DNA from: Callorhinchus milii
Lineage: Eukaryota
NCBI RefSeq assembly: GCF_018977255.1
Contig: NW_024704744.1
Span: 17,732,001-17,796,000 of the forward strand
DNA: 64,000 nucleotides
Direction: 5' to 3'
Each line of letters begins with the position of its first letter. The stretch's first letter is position 1. Both the position numbers and the translations under genes were made by a program. This document shows positions 1 to 11,758 of this stretch, piece by piece. The notes below the pieces were generated by a model, which was given only the letters and a program-made list of their open reading frames with translations, was not told the origin of the DNA and did not search any database.

Positions 1-544
1 ACATCTGCATGAAATTATTATCAAACTCCTTTCTGGAAAATGTTCTAATCTCTGTCTTTAAATTTGAGTCATGTTTGTTTAAATGATGAACTGTAATGAC
101 GACATCTCTGCATCAGATGAGTAAGTTCTAATTCTTGTACTTCTAATTAGTTATCGGCATTTTCGAACAGAACAGGAGGATGAAGAACTGCTGTTCTTCA
201 AACAAGGTTTGGAGAATCCCCTTCATGTATGTAAAGCCATTTTATCCATGATTCCTTCACATATTATTTTAAGTCAAAATCCATGTTTGTTTAAAGTACT
301 TGTTTAAAAAAAACCACATGTTTTCAGTCCACTTGCATCAGTTGAATCAGAAAACCAATGTATTTGAGAACTTGATGCATAGACTTGGGAGAAGAAAACA
401 GAGGATATATACAAATTTTTAGATATATATACACACAATTTATTTTGTATAACTATTAATTACTTTTGCATAATAAAATTTATTATATTAATTATAAAAT
501 ATGTAATGTCTACAATATTTAAATATTTAATATATAAAGAGAAT

Positions 545-632
545 AAGGAGTAGAGACTTGTGTGTAATATAACTACAAGAACAGACTAGATGGGCTGAAA
601 AGCTGTTGCCAAGCTGTAAAATTCTATGTAAT
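545..632 (+). mobile_element. CR1 LINE 3' tail remnant
   Basis: agactagatgggctgaaaagctgttgcc...aattctatgtaattc resembles the CR1 3' end (gatgggccgaatggcct...ttctatg) seen in better copies at 28330-28385 and 42200-42292. Confidence 0.55.
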
Positions 633-1034
633 TCAACGTAAATCAGTCATTTCACCCTTACAAATTTCACTGCTGAATTGACCACCAGAGGCCAGTACAG
701 ATGCAGATGCCCATAATGGGCAAGTTTGATACCTTAGCATTTGCTTTTAGAAACCGAGATAGTAATTTATATATTGTAGCTAGAATTATATAATCAGAGG
801 AATTTTTCTTCCATAAATGGGCCAGTTGTAAAGCTTTAATGGAATGTAAAGCAAGGAGTGCCATTATTGCTAAGTGTGGAACAGCTGTTGAGAGGGTGGA
901 TACAACAGCAAGAGCTGCTAGGTAATTAATAATCAGGCAACAAAATAATAATTGGCAACTGGTATGGTCCAGAGCTGCAGTCTGCCTGTTATGCTGTATT
1001 TTAATGACCCTAAGGCACAATCTGAAGGGTAGGA

Positions 1035-1205
1035 AGTTCTCTTGGTGTCCAGGTTTATAATCAGTTGGAGTCATTCAACTCATTGTGGTTTGTGGGATAT
1101 TACTAGCCCAGATTTGCTACCACATTTGCCTTCAAAGGAATTCATTAAGTGAAGCACTTTGAAATGTATCAACATAAAGCGGCCTATCAAATGCAAGCAT
1201 TATTG
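1035..1205 (+). mobile_element. Old DeuSINE (SacSINE1-like) 3' half
   Basis: gtttgtgggatattact...atttgctaccacatttgcct...gtgaagcactttgaaatg...tatcaaatgcaag matches the Deu domain and L2-type tail of other copies. Confidence 0.6.
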
Positions 1206-1396
1206 TAGAAAATGTACAAGCGTTCCCAAAGTGCACATTCTCAAACAGTGGTGCAATAAGGACCATATCAGCAGAAACCAATGAATCACGTTATCATTAA
1301 CCTCCAGGCACTAAACTGGTATACACGGACTTACCCTTGGGTTGCCACAAACTAGAAAATGTATTTTAATTAATTCAGTTCTCCCTGAGCCACTGA

Positions 1397-1674
1397 AATA
1401 ATAATAATAATAATAATAATAATCCTTGCATTTGATATAGCGTTTTTCACGTTGGGAGGACGTCCCAAAGCACTTCACAGAACACACTGTAAAGTGAATT
1501 GACTGTATATTTGTGGGCGAACGCGGCAGCCAATTGCGCACAGCAATGTCCCACAAACAGTCGTAGATTGAAAATGACCAATTTATTATTGTTTTGTTTT
1601 TTGAAGGGATTATTATTAGGCGTGTGGAGTAAGGAAACTTGCCCAAGGTTTCGCCCTGTCTGGAATTGAACTCA
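1397..1674 (-). mobile_element. Young tRNA-Ala/Deu SINE (family A), 5'-truncated within the tRNA head
   Basis: Near-identical to 23680-24003 and 41873-42197; (AAT)n tail at left; match ends just past the B-box (ggaattgaactc). Confidence 0.93.
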
Positions 1675-1964
1675 ATTGAATTGAATTGAAATGTTATGGT
1701 TGATACTAAAAGTACTTGCTAATTAGCTCAAAAACTAGGTAGTCCTGGATTTTATAGTCATGCAATTAGGTCTAAACTCAGTTTTAGGGTCTCCCCTCTT
1801 GCCAAGCAGAATCTAGGCTTTCCTGATGTGGATCCCAGCTCCAGAATAGACATTGAAGCACTGTAGGCATAAAAGCAGTTTAGTATTCAAATGTAAAATA
1901 CAATAAGCGTGAATTAGGTTGAATATGAAATTTAGATAAGAAATTATGTAAAATCAACCTAACC

Positions 1965-2135
1965 AGTATAGTGGAAGCTGCTTAAGTTGGACACATCACA
2001 TTGGGGGCTTCCTGCCCAGCAGAGGAGCAGCAGTCGCCACCTCCTCCCTCCCATTACCATTGTACGGGAGGGGGACCAATTAGTACAGCTCTGAGGTGTC
2101 AATCACTTTGGAGCAGCTGCCAATTGGTCCCATTC
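1965..2135 (+). mobile_element. Possible Tc1/pogo-like DNA transposon terminal fragment
   Basis: ta-tagtggaagctgcttaagttggacacatc resembles TA-CAGTGGA...TTAA..GGACAC pogo/Tigger-type termini; no clear partner TIR. Confidence 0.3.
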
Positions 2136-3644
2136 CTGGCCAAGAGAGGAGGCTGTATTGCACAGAAGGTGAGTTGATGGAAGGCATTTTGTAGAATTAA
2201 CTGGTATATTTAAAACAGGTACACCAGATAGATCCACCGGCATTTGATGATAAGATGAGTATATGTACACTTCATATCAGACAAATATCACACAATTATG
2301 AAACTTTTAATACAGTGGTTTGGAAACAGAAGCAGGTTTCTGTACCCAGATGACCAAAAATAGGAAGATTGATAAAGAGAACATTGAAGTAGGTTAAAAG
2401 CCAGGTTAAAGCATGTTTTTGCTACTCATGACCTCTTAGTAGATTTATTGCTGTAATTCTGGTGCTGGAGCAGTTAAACTCAAATGCTAAATGACCTACA
2501 CAGGAAGTGCAGAATTTCCCGGAGCTTCCAGATATGTGAAGAATAAGGTTTTATTTGAATGTATAAAAATGTCAGTACTTCAGCGATTTATAATCTAGTT
2601 TCTGCAGTTCACCCTCAAAGTGACCGCTCAAATAACAATGGGATACAACTGCTCAGAGCTCACTGCCATCCAATGCACAGGAAACTTAGCACTTCATCAT
2701 ATCTAGATCACTCCTATTTCACGTTAATGAAGGACAACACTCTGCACTGAAAGGAAACCTAGAGGACAATTTCTCTGAGCCTGTTGCCCAACCCTCCCCC
2801 ATGAGGTGTGTAATGAATATTTTCATTAAGTGCACAGGTAATAATTTGAAGTTTTATATTAAATTTTATGCAAAAATAGTTCACTTAAATTCAGGTCAAG
2901 CTCTAATTAGAATCAAGATATTTCTCACAAAATACAAAAAGGCTTTTTGCTTCCTCTTATTTTATTTGGAAGATAGTCCAGTTCATCTTATTCTGGATTT
3001 GCTTTCCTCCCTCTCCAGATCTTAATTAAAAACACTTCCCCTTGGGCTGAGAAATCTTATTCCAATATATTAACCTGTGTGTTCACTCCAAAAATCATGC
3101 TCTGTCCCTGTCCTTCCTATGCATATTCCCTGAAAAATATGCTGATAATGGGGCCTCCACTGTATGTGCAATATCTGCTCAAGTAAAAAAAACATTTTAT
3201 TTTCAATACTGGTATTTTGATATTGTGGTGAAAGAACTTATGGAATTATACAGCTTCTGATTGTTTAAAATTATACAGCAAAAAATGCACAAAGTATCTG
3301 GTATGTTAATCATTGCATGGGAAATGGAGAACTAAACCAGCACATTAAATACTTTTTTTTATTATTTAGTGTAGTTTTATTCATAACTACTTGGAGGAGC
3401 AAAACTGGGAGCAAAAGAACAACCGATCATCTGCTGGTGTTAGACTCGTTGAACATTTGCTCATCTCTGGCTGGGCGTCTTGCAAAGGTTTCAACCAACA
3501 GCTATGGTTGACAAATCAAAAAGCAGGTGGTAAGTGTACCGTCTACATGGATGCATCTTCAGGTACTTTGTAGGATGAAGATGATACATACAATCCTCCA
3601 TTTTGAAGGACAAACATACAATAGCATTTACAAATGTTTAGAGC

Positions 3645-3790
3645 ACAGAAGGAGGCCATTTGGTTTCTGCTAGTACTAGCTCCCCTGACTATCCTATTCC
3701 CATTCCTCATACCCTTTAATATTATGTTTCCTGAAGTATTTAGCCAATTCCTTTTTAACTGTGATTGTCGACTCAGCTTCAACAATACTT
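3645..3790 (-). mobile_element. CR1 LINE 3' end remnant
   Basis: gcacagaaggaggccatttgg...tatttagccaattccttttta is the reverse of a CR1 tail, as at 36553-36700. Confidence 0.6.
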
Positions 3791-4009
3791 TAGATGATCC
3801 TCTATTCACTAACCCAGACTTTGGTTTGAGGTATTGCTGCTTTATCGAACACTTAACTGAATCCACTTAACCTTGTAAGTTTTTAAAGGATTTGCAGTCT
3901 TCCTCTTATGTTATTCACTGAATTTGTGGTTCAGGAAAATTTAGTTTGGAATTATGCCATCTGAAACATTCCTTAAAAATGGACTTACTATCAAAATGCA
4001 GCCATGGCT

Positions 4010-4535
4010 TGGATGTGGGGAAGACAGTTGAGGTCAAACAAGACACCAAAGTTGTTCCTGACTGGCTTGGTGAGTTGAAGTGTGCAACCATGGAGGTTGA
4101 TGTTGCCAGAGCCTGAGTCTTGTTCACTGTAGGAAATTTGCCCTCATCCAGGACTTGATGTCCGACAGGCAGTCTGTCAGGACAACAGTGGTCCTGGAGT
4201 TGAGGGTGGAAGCAGAAAGATAGAGTTGGGTGTCATCGGCATACATGTGGAAGTTGACCCCATGTCTGCGGATGATGTCACCAAGGGGGAGCATGTAGAT
4301 ATTAAAGAGGAGAGGGCCAAGGACAGAGCCCTGGGGGATGCCAGACGGGCGCTGGAGGAGAAAACGTTAGAGGCAACAAAGTGAAGACGGTGAGAGAGAT
4401 AGGAATCGACCAGGCAACGGCAGGTCCGCGAAGATTAAGTAAAGAGGAGAGGCGGTGTATGAGGATGGAGTGGTCGACAGTGTTGAAGGCGGCAGAGGTC
4501 AAGAAGAACAAGGAGGCAGAGGGAGCCCTGATCAC
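4010..4535 (-). mobile_element. L2 LINE reverse transcriptase fragment (pseudogenised)
   Basis: Minus-strand translation with frameshifts: [63 protein letters not shown] (YADD motif), [10 protein letters not shown]. Confidence 0.92.
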
Positions 4536-6739
4536 AGATGTTCAGAATGTCATTAGTGACTTTAAAACACATATCTAAACACAAGATTATTATTGCAACC
4601 CTTGAGAAGGAATACAATCACCTCTATTGTCATGAGGAGTTTCTAATAGATCTTATAATAAAAACCTATCAACGATGCCTAATACTGCAATATCAGGGTA
4701 GTTCTCTTTTTCTTCTGAAATGACCATTGCTTAAGATCGCAATCTGATCCTTATAGAATGGGGAAGTTGCTTTAGGCTACATGAATGAGAATGAATTTGT
4801 TCAAAGTGCTTGTGAAATTGGGCCAGGAGCCAAAGACAAGTCTTTGATGGTGGGAATAAAGAAGATATAGAAGTAGCAGAGTTATATACACAGGAAGATT
4901 AGACAACATGTCTGACAAGCTTCTTTTTTAAGGTGACAGCGTGACTGATCCTCTCTCCTTTACAGTAATGGACTGAAGTTCAAAGTATACAGAGAATAAT
5001 AAATCAGGAATATTGATTACACATAAAATTTCATAATTTTAGTAACAGCAAAGTGTGCACGATTGAGGACAATTGGTTTTAAGCTTTTTGTGTGTTCGGA
5101 TGGGATTTCAATATAATCAGACTTGAAAGTATTCTGGAGAAGCTCAGAGAATACTTTCCTTGTGGAGCTCTGGATGCCATCATGTTAACAACATCAAAGG
5201 TTACCTTACAACAGTACTTTGAGGGTATAACCCTGACCAAATACAAGCCACGTTCGAGCTGAATTTAGAAACCTGAAGAATTTATACCTGGGAGCAAAAT
5301 TGTTGTAAGCCATGTTTAAAAATAAATCTTTTGAAACTCATTTCAACCGAAACAAGTGTTGACCAACTTTTCTCCAAGGAACAAGGGGAGCTTGCTGCTT
5401 CTTAGCTCTGGTAGTTCAGACTTCTCAAGTGTGTAACAGATCCCAACCACTGCCCCACGGAACAGTTAGTTACACAATATTAACCAGCAGCTGACTAACG
5501 GTCTTTGGATTCTACCAGATTATATCAAAATATATATTAGTTATAAAACCTCTAATCTGCACTGTGTTAAATCCATCAAACTTCGTAAGAGTCTCTTTAC
5601 AAATTTTAACTGCATGTTAAGAGACTGATTTGAGATATGCCGAGGTCTGTGGCCTGTGTTCTGATTACCCTGGTTTGCAGCTCAGCTAAAATCTAATATC
5701 AAGTCTCAAGTGAATTATGCAGCTGATTCAGATTGCTTCCTCTAACAGTCAAATTAAAGTAATGTGATGTGAAACTGTTCTTTCTCTCCTTATCCGTGAT
5801 CAGATTTAGTCTGATGCAACATCAATCTCTGTAGTAACTGCATTTTCAAAATGAAGATGTGAAAACAATTGCCTCCGCACCCAATGTGCAAGACTGAGAA
5901 GCTGCTGCCAGTATTAGCATGGCCAATAGATATTCAAACTTATTTAAAGACGTGTGCTTGAATAATAAGCCCACAGATTCAGGGAACAGTTAAAGGTAAT
6001 GCTGTAGTCTGCGTTTAAGATTTCCTGATGCTTCAAACAGATGGTTGACAATCATGATCTCTTAAAGAATCCATTATTCCAGCCCTGCTTCAGTGTGGTT
6101 ATTTAAATGCATAGCTACACAACTCACAACAGCAGGGTACTCATCTGCCTACAGTTAGTGGCTAAACGTCAACACAACATCAGAAGGGCAGACTAACAAG
6201 CCATTTTTAAAAAATGAGTTCTATTTCATCTGCTGCAAAGCAAAATGACCTTTCAAATTGCACTCTGGTGTATCAGACAATTTCTCTGCAGCACAAGTGC
6301 ATAGTGTGCATCATTCTTGAATAATGCATTAGGTTGTTACAGTACACAAAGCAAGGCTGCTAAATGCATATTTAAAAAGAGAATGCATCAGTCGCAGATT
6401 CTATTACTGTCCCATGCGGTAGTAATATGTTTCAGCACCAATATGATTAGAAGATAAGGAGAATCATTTGTCAATGGAGCATGTAATACATTTAGGGAAA
6501 AGTAGAATATGATGGGTTTTTGTCTACTCTGTGCTTTAATATGAACTCCCAAAACCAGTAATAGAAAATGAAATTTATAGCCCAAATTATTACCATACAG
6601 GAACTGTCCTGTGTCTATTTGCAATTGTTCATTTTTAAGCATAATTTGACAGAACTTAATTTTTTTCATCTATATGCATCCAGTTTATAAAATGATCAAT
6701 GCTGATTTGAACAATTTATTAAAGATCTATGGTTTCTAG

Positions 6740-7090
6740 AGAAACTGGGGCTCGGGAGATGTAAGAGATTGCCAATTTGCCTTCTCAACCCAAGACAAGG
6801 ATTTGAATCCAGCCCTTTATTGATGCGATGAAAGTCGTTTCTTCTCTGTGTTTACTGCGAGTCATATGAGATAAATTTGGAGTATTCTTAGCTCAATGTC
6901 CAATATATAGACTCACATCACACATACAGCCCTCAAATTGTCAGTCTCACCCAGAGGCACAAGTCAGACCTGAAAGTCAGCAATATCAGACTGTGCAGTA
7001 GAGGGAGCTCTTCTATGGCTAGACTAAGGTCAGTTGGGTAGAAGCTCTTATTCTGCATGTGGCCTGTGCCATTCCTGATCTGGAATACTG
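6740..7090 (+). mobile_element. Decayed LF-SINE-like tRNA-derived SINE
   Basis: Collinear blocks gaatccagccc, gaaagtc, catatgagataaatttgg, cacatcaca, ttgtcagtctca.ccagagg.acaag and tagagggagctc match the LF-SINE consensus as I recall it; not verified by alignment. Confidence 0.55.
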
Positions 7091-8289
7091 AAAAATACTT
7101 AAAGCTGAGGTTTGGCATTTGGTGAGAAGCTATTCCAATTTCTTGAACTAATATCCCTCACCTTGATGAGCTAGCAGGCTCACATACTCCCCGCCCCGCA
7201 CCACAATAATATCCTATGTTTCTGGATCCCAAACACTGGAATCAGTTGCAATTAATTTTACACCACATATTGTGTGCTACACATTTTTACAGACTGGTTT
7301 GGCCGTTTCCTTTGCTAGCTTCTTCTGCCAAACAAACTGTCTTTCTCCAAATCACAAATTCTTGCACAATATTTTTTAAAAAAGTGCATGCACCAATTCT
7401 TTCTCTTCGGCACGCTGCCTCTTGCTAAGTGACTGGCTCAGAACCAGCTGGCAGAGAACCACAGATCTGTTTTTTTTAAAAAATACACAGCAGTTGTTTG
7501 AATCAAGTGTAAGCGTAAAGAAAAAGTTTACGAAAATAAAACATTCACAACTGACAGATTTGGAAAGTGACAAGAGCATTTGTTTCCGTGTAGGGCTCGT
7601 TTACAGAGAAGCCCTAGTAAAGTCAAATTGAGCCAAAATAATTTTGAGACGACTTTAGAAAGAACGCAGCTGTTGTATAAGAGTCATGTGCTTGCTAAAT
7701 CCATTTGAAACGCTTGAAATTTTACACTGTCTGCTTCACTCAAACTAAGTGTGCCCAGTTACACGCAAGTCTCTCATTCTATCATTGATGCTCATCAAAG
7801 CTGAAATTCTATTTTATTATTTCTATTTCTGAATAGGTAAAATGAGCTCCCGTTTCTAACAATGTTCGTGTTCCATCTTCAACTGCTCATCACTTTGGGA
7901 CGTTGTACTGACGTGAAAGGTGCTGTATAAATGCAATATGTTGTTGATGTTCCATTCTCAATGTAACTTTTTTTAAAAAATAAAACTTATTTTCTATCTA
8001 TTCTTCAGAAATAAAATTAGGTTGAAAAGTCTCTTTGACCATTTTATCTCAGCCAATACTATCCCCACTGTGATTCCATTACAGCATCAGGCAGTTTCTT
8101 AAAAGGAGTCAACTATCTTAACCTTAGCCACACTTCCTGCTAACAGTTCCGGCCATTAACGAATAATAATCTTTGCATTTGAAATTGCGCCTTAACTTGT
8201 CGTCGAGACCATCTCAAATGCCTCACAGGTATTTTGAGGGCACAGATACCCTCTGTGTAAAGAAATACTAACTGATACACATTCTATAC

Positions 8290-8560
8290 TTAGCTTTCAC
8301 AACCTTGAGTATCTGAAATAATTTTCAGGGTCGATGCTCTCCATATACCGTACCATGAACAGCTTGACAAGTTCCTCTCTGAGAAGTCTCTTTTCAAGCT
8401 TTTCTAGCCATTCAACAACATGGAGACACATGGAATTTTAATTAGCTTGAAATGAGTCTGCAAAACCAGGTCATTTTAAGTCCGTTATGAACAGAAGAGG
8501 ACCTTGCAAGGACCACTGAAGCATCCCACTGAATACATCCATCCATTCAAACATAGATCA
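8290..8560 (-). mobile_element. Highly decayed CR1 ORF2 C-terminal fragment
   Basis: Minus frame LEKLEKRLLREELVKLFMVRYMESIDPENYF resembles CR1 SLEKRRLRGDLI.VFK...ID..YF. Confidence 0.55.
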
Positions 8561-9659
8561 AATTAAAACTATTTTCTGTTTTTCTCCCTTTAGCCAGTTA
8601 CAAATTTACATCCCTCATTTCTTCCCAGCAACTCTCTTGCAGGTGAAACATTAGAATAATTTTATGGCATTATGTTTTCATCCATTGAGTTCCAGAGAGC
8701 AGGGGCAAAAGAGCTCAAAGCCTGCTCTTTGATGGTGGGGGAAATAGGGTGGGGGACATGAAGCAGGACAATGAAGAAGTCTAATGGGTTATACCAGTTT
8801 CTCTATCAGTATTTCCATTCTCACTCATTCTAATATTGTCATGAAGTGATAACGTTCTCCTGACTCTGGCCTCAGTAACAAACCCTGACACATGTCATCG
8901 TCCCATTCTCATTGAATACCTCTTAATGAGAGGATTTCATACCAGATTTTGCCGTGACCTGTGATATTGGCCCAACTACATTAACCTAACAGGCAATAAT
9001 ACACAGAAAATAGCATAAAAACAAAAAGGGTAATTACCTTTTTTATTAGTCCCCGACCACTTCCCAAAGCACTTTGTAATATTTATATCATCCACTTGCT
9101 GGATTCTGCAAGTGAAAATAAAACACCATTAACTTAACTGAATTAAGGTCCTGCTGGAAAGGCATTTGTAAGCTGTTATCCATAGTTGTACTGATGAGTG
9201 CGGTTTCTAAAAAATCTAAATTTAGTGCACTTTATGAAAAATACAAATTTATTAATTTGAGGATCGTACATTGAATAAATATGTAAGGTCCAGTTATTTT
9301 TAAGGTTATTTAGAAGAGTAGTGTGCATTATAGGTATTGTTTGTAAATGGCAACTAGATAGATACTATTGCTGGTGAGCATCTACTGTTAGTAAATAGTA
9401 ACTAGAATAGTGTGTGCATGATGATATTATTTTACACGTTTCTACCGAAATAGTTTTATTTGCTGATGGTTTCACAACAAAACAAACCTCATAAGTTTCT
9501 TATAGAGTGCCATTATATTCTTGATAGATATGGTGCGAAGACAAAACACCAAGATTATAATGAAATGTTATTACACTAAGAATAATGAAGCATGTACACT
9601 CTGGAAAACATTATTCAACATACAGTATCAATTTTTTGGAAAAAAAAAGGTTATCTCCC

Positions 9660-9875
9660 ACAATGTAGGCAAATGCATAACATCACATGGTACTGAGCTG
9701 TGTAGCCCAGGAAGGTCCCATGACTCGCTGCTGAGGAAATTAATCTCAATCAGGTTTGAAGTAGAAACAATACAAGTGGCCTCATGATCATTCAGATTTG
9801 GATTACTAGGCAGGGTATCCACAAGTATGGATGCCAAGTGAGGACTGTATCAGGCTCCGACATCAGCAGCAATCT
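9660..9875 (+). mobile_element. Old SINE-like repeat (family C)
   Basis: aaatgca...tggtactgagc...ccaggaaggtccca...gaggactgtatcaggct is shared with 46085-46300 (+) and 62530-62650 (-). Confidence 0.5.
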
Positions 9876-9879
9876 AGTT

Positions 9880-10012
9880 CTTGGTCAGCCGGGTGTCCAG
9901 TACATGAGGAAACGCATCACCATGCTTATGAGTATCCAAACCAGACTGAGATTCACATGCATGCCATATGTAAAAGGCAATTTCCACATGTCTTGAATGC
10001 TCACTCTCTCCA
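9880..10012 (-). mobile_element. Family X retroposon, 3' fragment
   Basis: ttggtcagcc...catcaccatgcttatgagtatccaaaccagactgag matches the 3' end of family X copies at 50830 and 61420. Confidence 0.8.
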
Positions 10013-10020
10013 AATACTTA

Positions 10021-11002
10021 CCTGACCAACTGGTGACTAATCTTCTCGGGGGGGGAAGGGGGGGGGGGGGCAGAGAGGAGGTAAGTGGGGTCTCCTTGAA
10101 GCTGTACTGGCTCCAAGGTGATATGCTTGGCAATAGAATCAATCGTCAATCTCTGTAGCAGTCTCAGTAGATGGGTTCCTGAGCCAGATTGATCTGCAGT
10201 ATTCCAGGGTGCTGACGACTGATCAGCCTGCCTGGCTCATTGGCAGAATATGAAGATTCTTCCCTCTCAGCTACTTTTAACCCTGCAAGCCAAAGCCCTA
10301 AGAAGGGTAGTCCTAGCTGGACAAGCAACAGGAAGCTTGCCACACAGTGCTTTTAATGGCAAGTTATGCAGTTTGAACTGGTTAAACTGCAGCAGTACCC
10401 TCGACAAATATTCTGGGGCCCAAGACTTGGCTCTTACCAACCCACACCTCATACTGCCTGGAATTAGATCTGCAGGATGTGTCCCTCTGGGGAGAGATTG
10501 TATATTCCAAACACGACAATTTCCATGTGTAGGTGGAGTCCTGTAGCTCAGTGGTTAGAGCACTCGCTTTGCAAGTGAGGGACCTGAGTTCAATTCCAGG
10601 CAGCGCGAAACCTTGGGCAAGTTTCCTTACTCCACACAGAGCCTAATAATAATCCCTCCAAAAACCAAAAACAATAATAAATTGGTCATTTTCAATCCAC
10701 GACTGTTTGTGGGACATTGTTGTGCGCAATTGGCTGCCGCGTTCGCCCACAAATATACAGTCAATTCACTTTACAGTGTGTTCTGTGAAGCACTTTGGGA
10801 CATCCTCCCGACGTGAAAAGCGCTATATCAAATGCAAGGAATATATATATATATTATTCTGTGAAGCGCTTTGGGACGTCTAGAAGACGTGAAAAGTGCT
10901 ATATCAAATGCAAGGATTATTATTATTATTATTATTATTGTAGGTGGCATTCATAGAACTCAGTCTAGTTTGGATATTCTTAAGCATGATGACAGATGTC
11001 AG
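10021..11002 (+). mobile_element. Family X retroposon, near full length, interrupted by SINE A at 10535-10938
   Basis: Reverse complement aligns along its length with 35425-35998, 50830-51290 and 61420-61993 (e.g. ggtaagtggggtctcc, gcctggctcattggcag, taaccctgcaagccaaagcccta, tttggatattcttaagcatg). Confidence 0.88.
10535..10938 (+). mobile_element. Young tRNA-Ala/Deu SINE (family A), full length with two 3' tails
   Basis: A-box TAGCTCAGTGG, TGC anticodon loop, B-box GAGTTCAATTCC, Deu-like gtttgtgggacattg...aattggctgccgcgtt, (ATT)n tail; TSD TGTAGGT at 10528-10534 and 10939-10945. Confidence 0.95.
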
Positions 11003-11144
11003 AAATTATGCAACTCTAGAAAAGTATTAGGCACAGAAGGCGAGAGCCAGGATTTGTAGACCCAGAGTCTGCTTGAGTTTAAACATCTAAAACATTTAAA
11101 ACTCAAATGCTTGTCATTTGAGATCACGATCATGCAGGTTTCCC

Positions 11145-11375
11145 GCAGCTAGGATCACCTGATCAGGCTTTGCCTTGCAGGGTTAAAAGAAGCAGATTCG
11201 GAAGAATCCCTGTTCCCAGTATTTATCCTGATCCTCCTAAGTCCTACTGCTGAACCACATTGGCTGGTCTGGCAACAGCCTTGCCTTGGAGGAATCGGTG
11301 GCTTAGGAGCTGGCCAAACGAGACAGGCAGAAGGTTGCCAAGCATATCGGAGACCCCACTTATATGTCTATGTGG
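11145..11375 (-). mobile_element. Family X fragment (decayed)
   Basis: cagctaggatcacc...ggctttgccttgcagggttaa and ttgccaagcatat..ggagaccccactta match other X copies. Confidence 0.7.
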
Positions 11376-11758
11376 GTCCCCCCCGAAATGCAGTTGATCA
11401 ACTTGATGAACTGAAAGGACTGACTCTTTTTAAAGCGCATTTCATTGTCATTTTAGTCTGAATTTACAGACCCATAGCCACTATGTTATAATGGGGTATG
11501 AGTCATACCATATGACTAACATGAAACTGACTTTTTGAAGTCCAATGATAACTATATTTCAATGTACACTATAATTCGTCATTATCCATGAAGTAATTCT
11601 GTATAACATATTTTTAGAAAATCTATTTTGAAAAGTATTGCTTGACTTCTAAAAGGGATTGCTATTCTCAAAGCTCATATGGATTAAAACAAAACTTGGC
11701 TGGTGAGCAATCATAAACACATAAAAAGGACAGTTCTTGCAAAAAGCAATTTGATGTG

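Noticed and set aside
83-232. Possible exons around GTAAGT at 121 and an AG at 170 or 175
   Set aside because: The implied intron is only 50-55 bp and the peptide is unrecognisable
1311-1646. Recurring MGKFPYST... ORFs (also 10613, 23678, 26013, 57414) as a small gene family
   Set aside because: All are translations of SINE family A from a TTG; the poly-Y and poly-I ends come from the (ATT)n tail
5082-5262. Open frame with WDFNIIRLE, reminiscent of phosphodiesterases
   Set aside because: Similarity is limited to a few residues and there is no convincing acceptor/donor pair
10270-10305. Family X as a telomerase RNA retrocopy (taaccct, gccctaa)
   Set aside because: No full CTAACCCTAAC template, CR4/5 or H/ACA motifs visible
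10535-10610. tRNA-Ala genes
   Set aside because: Each runs into a Deu domain and L2 tail, several with TSDs, so they are SINE heads
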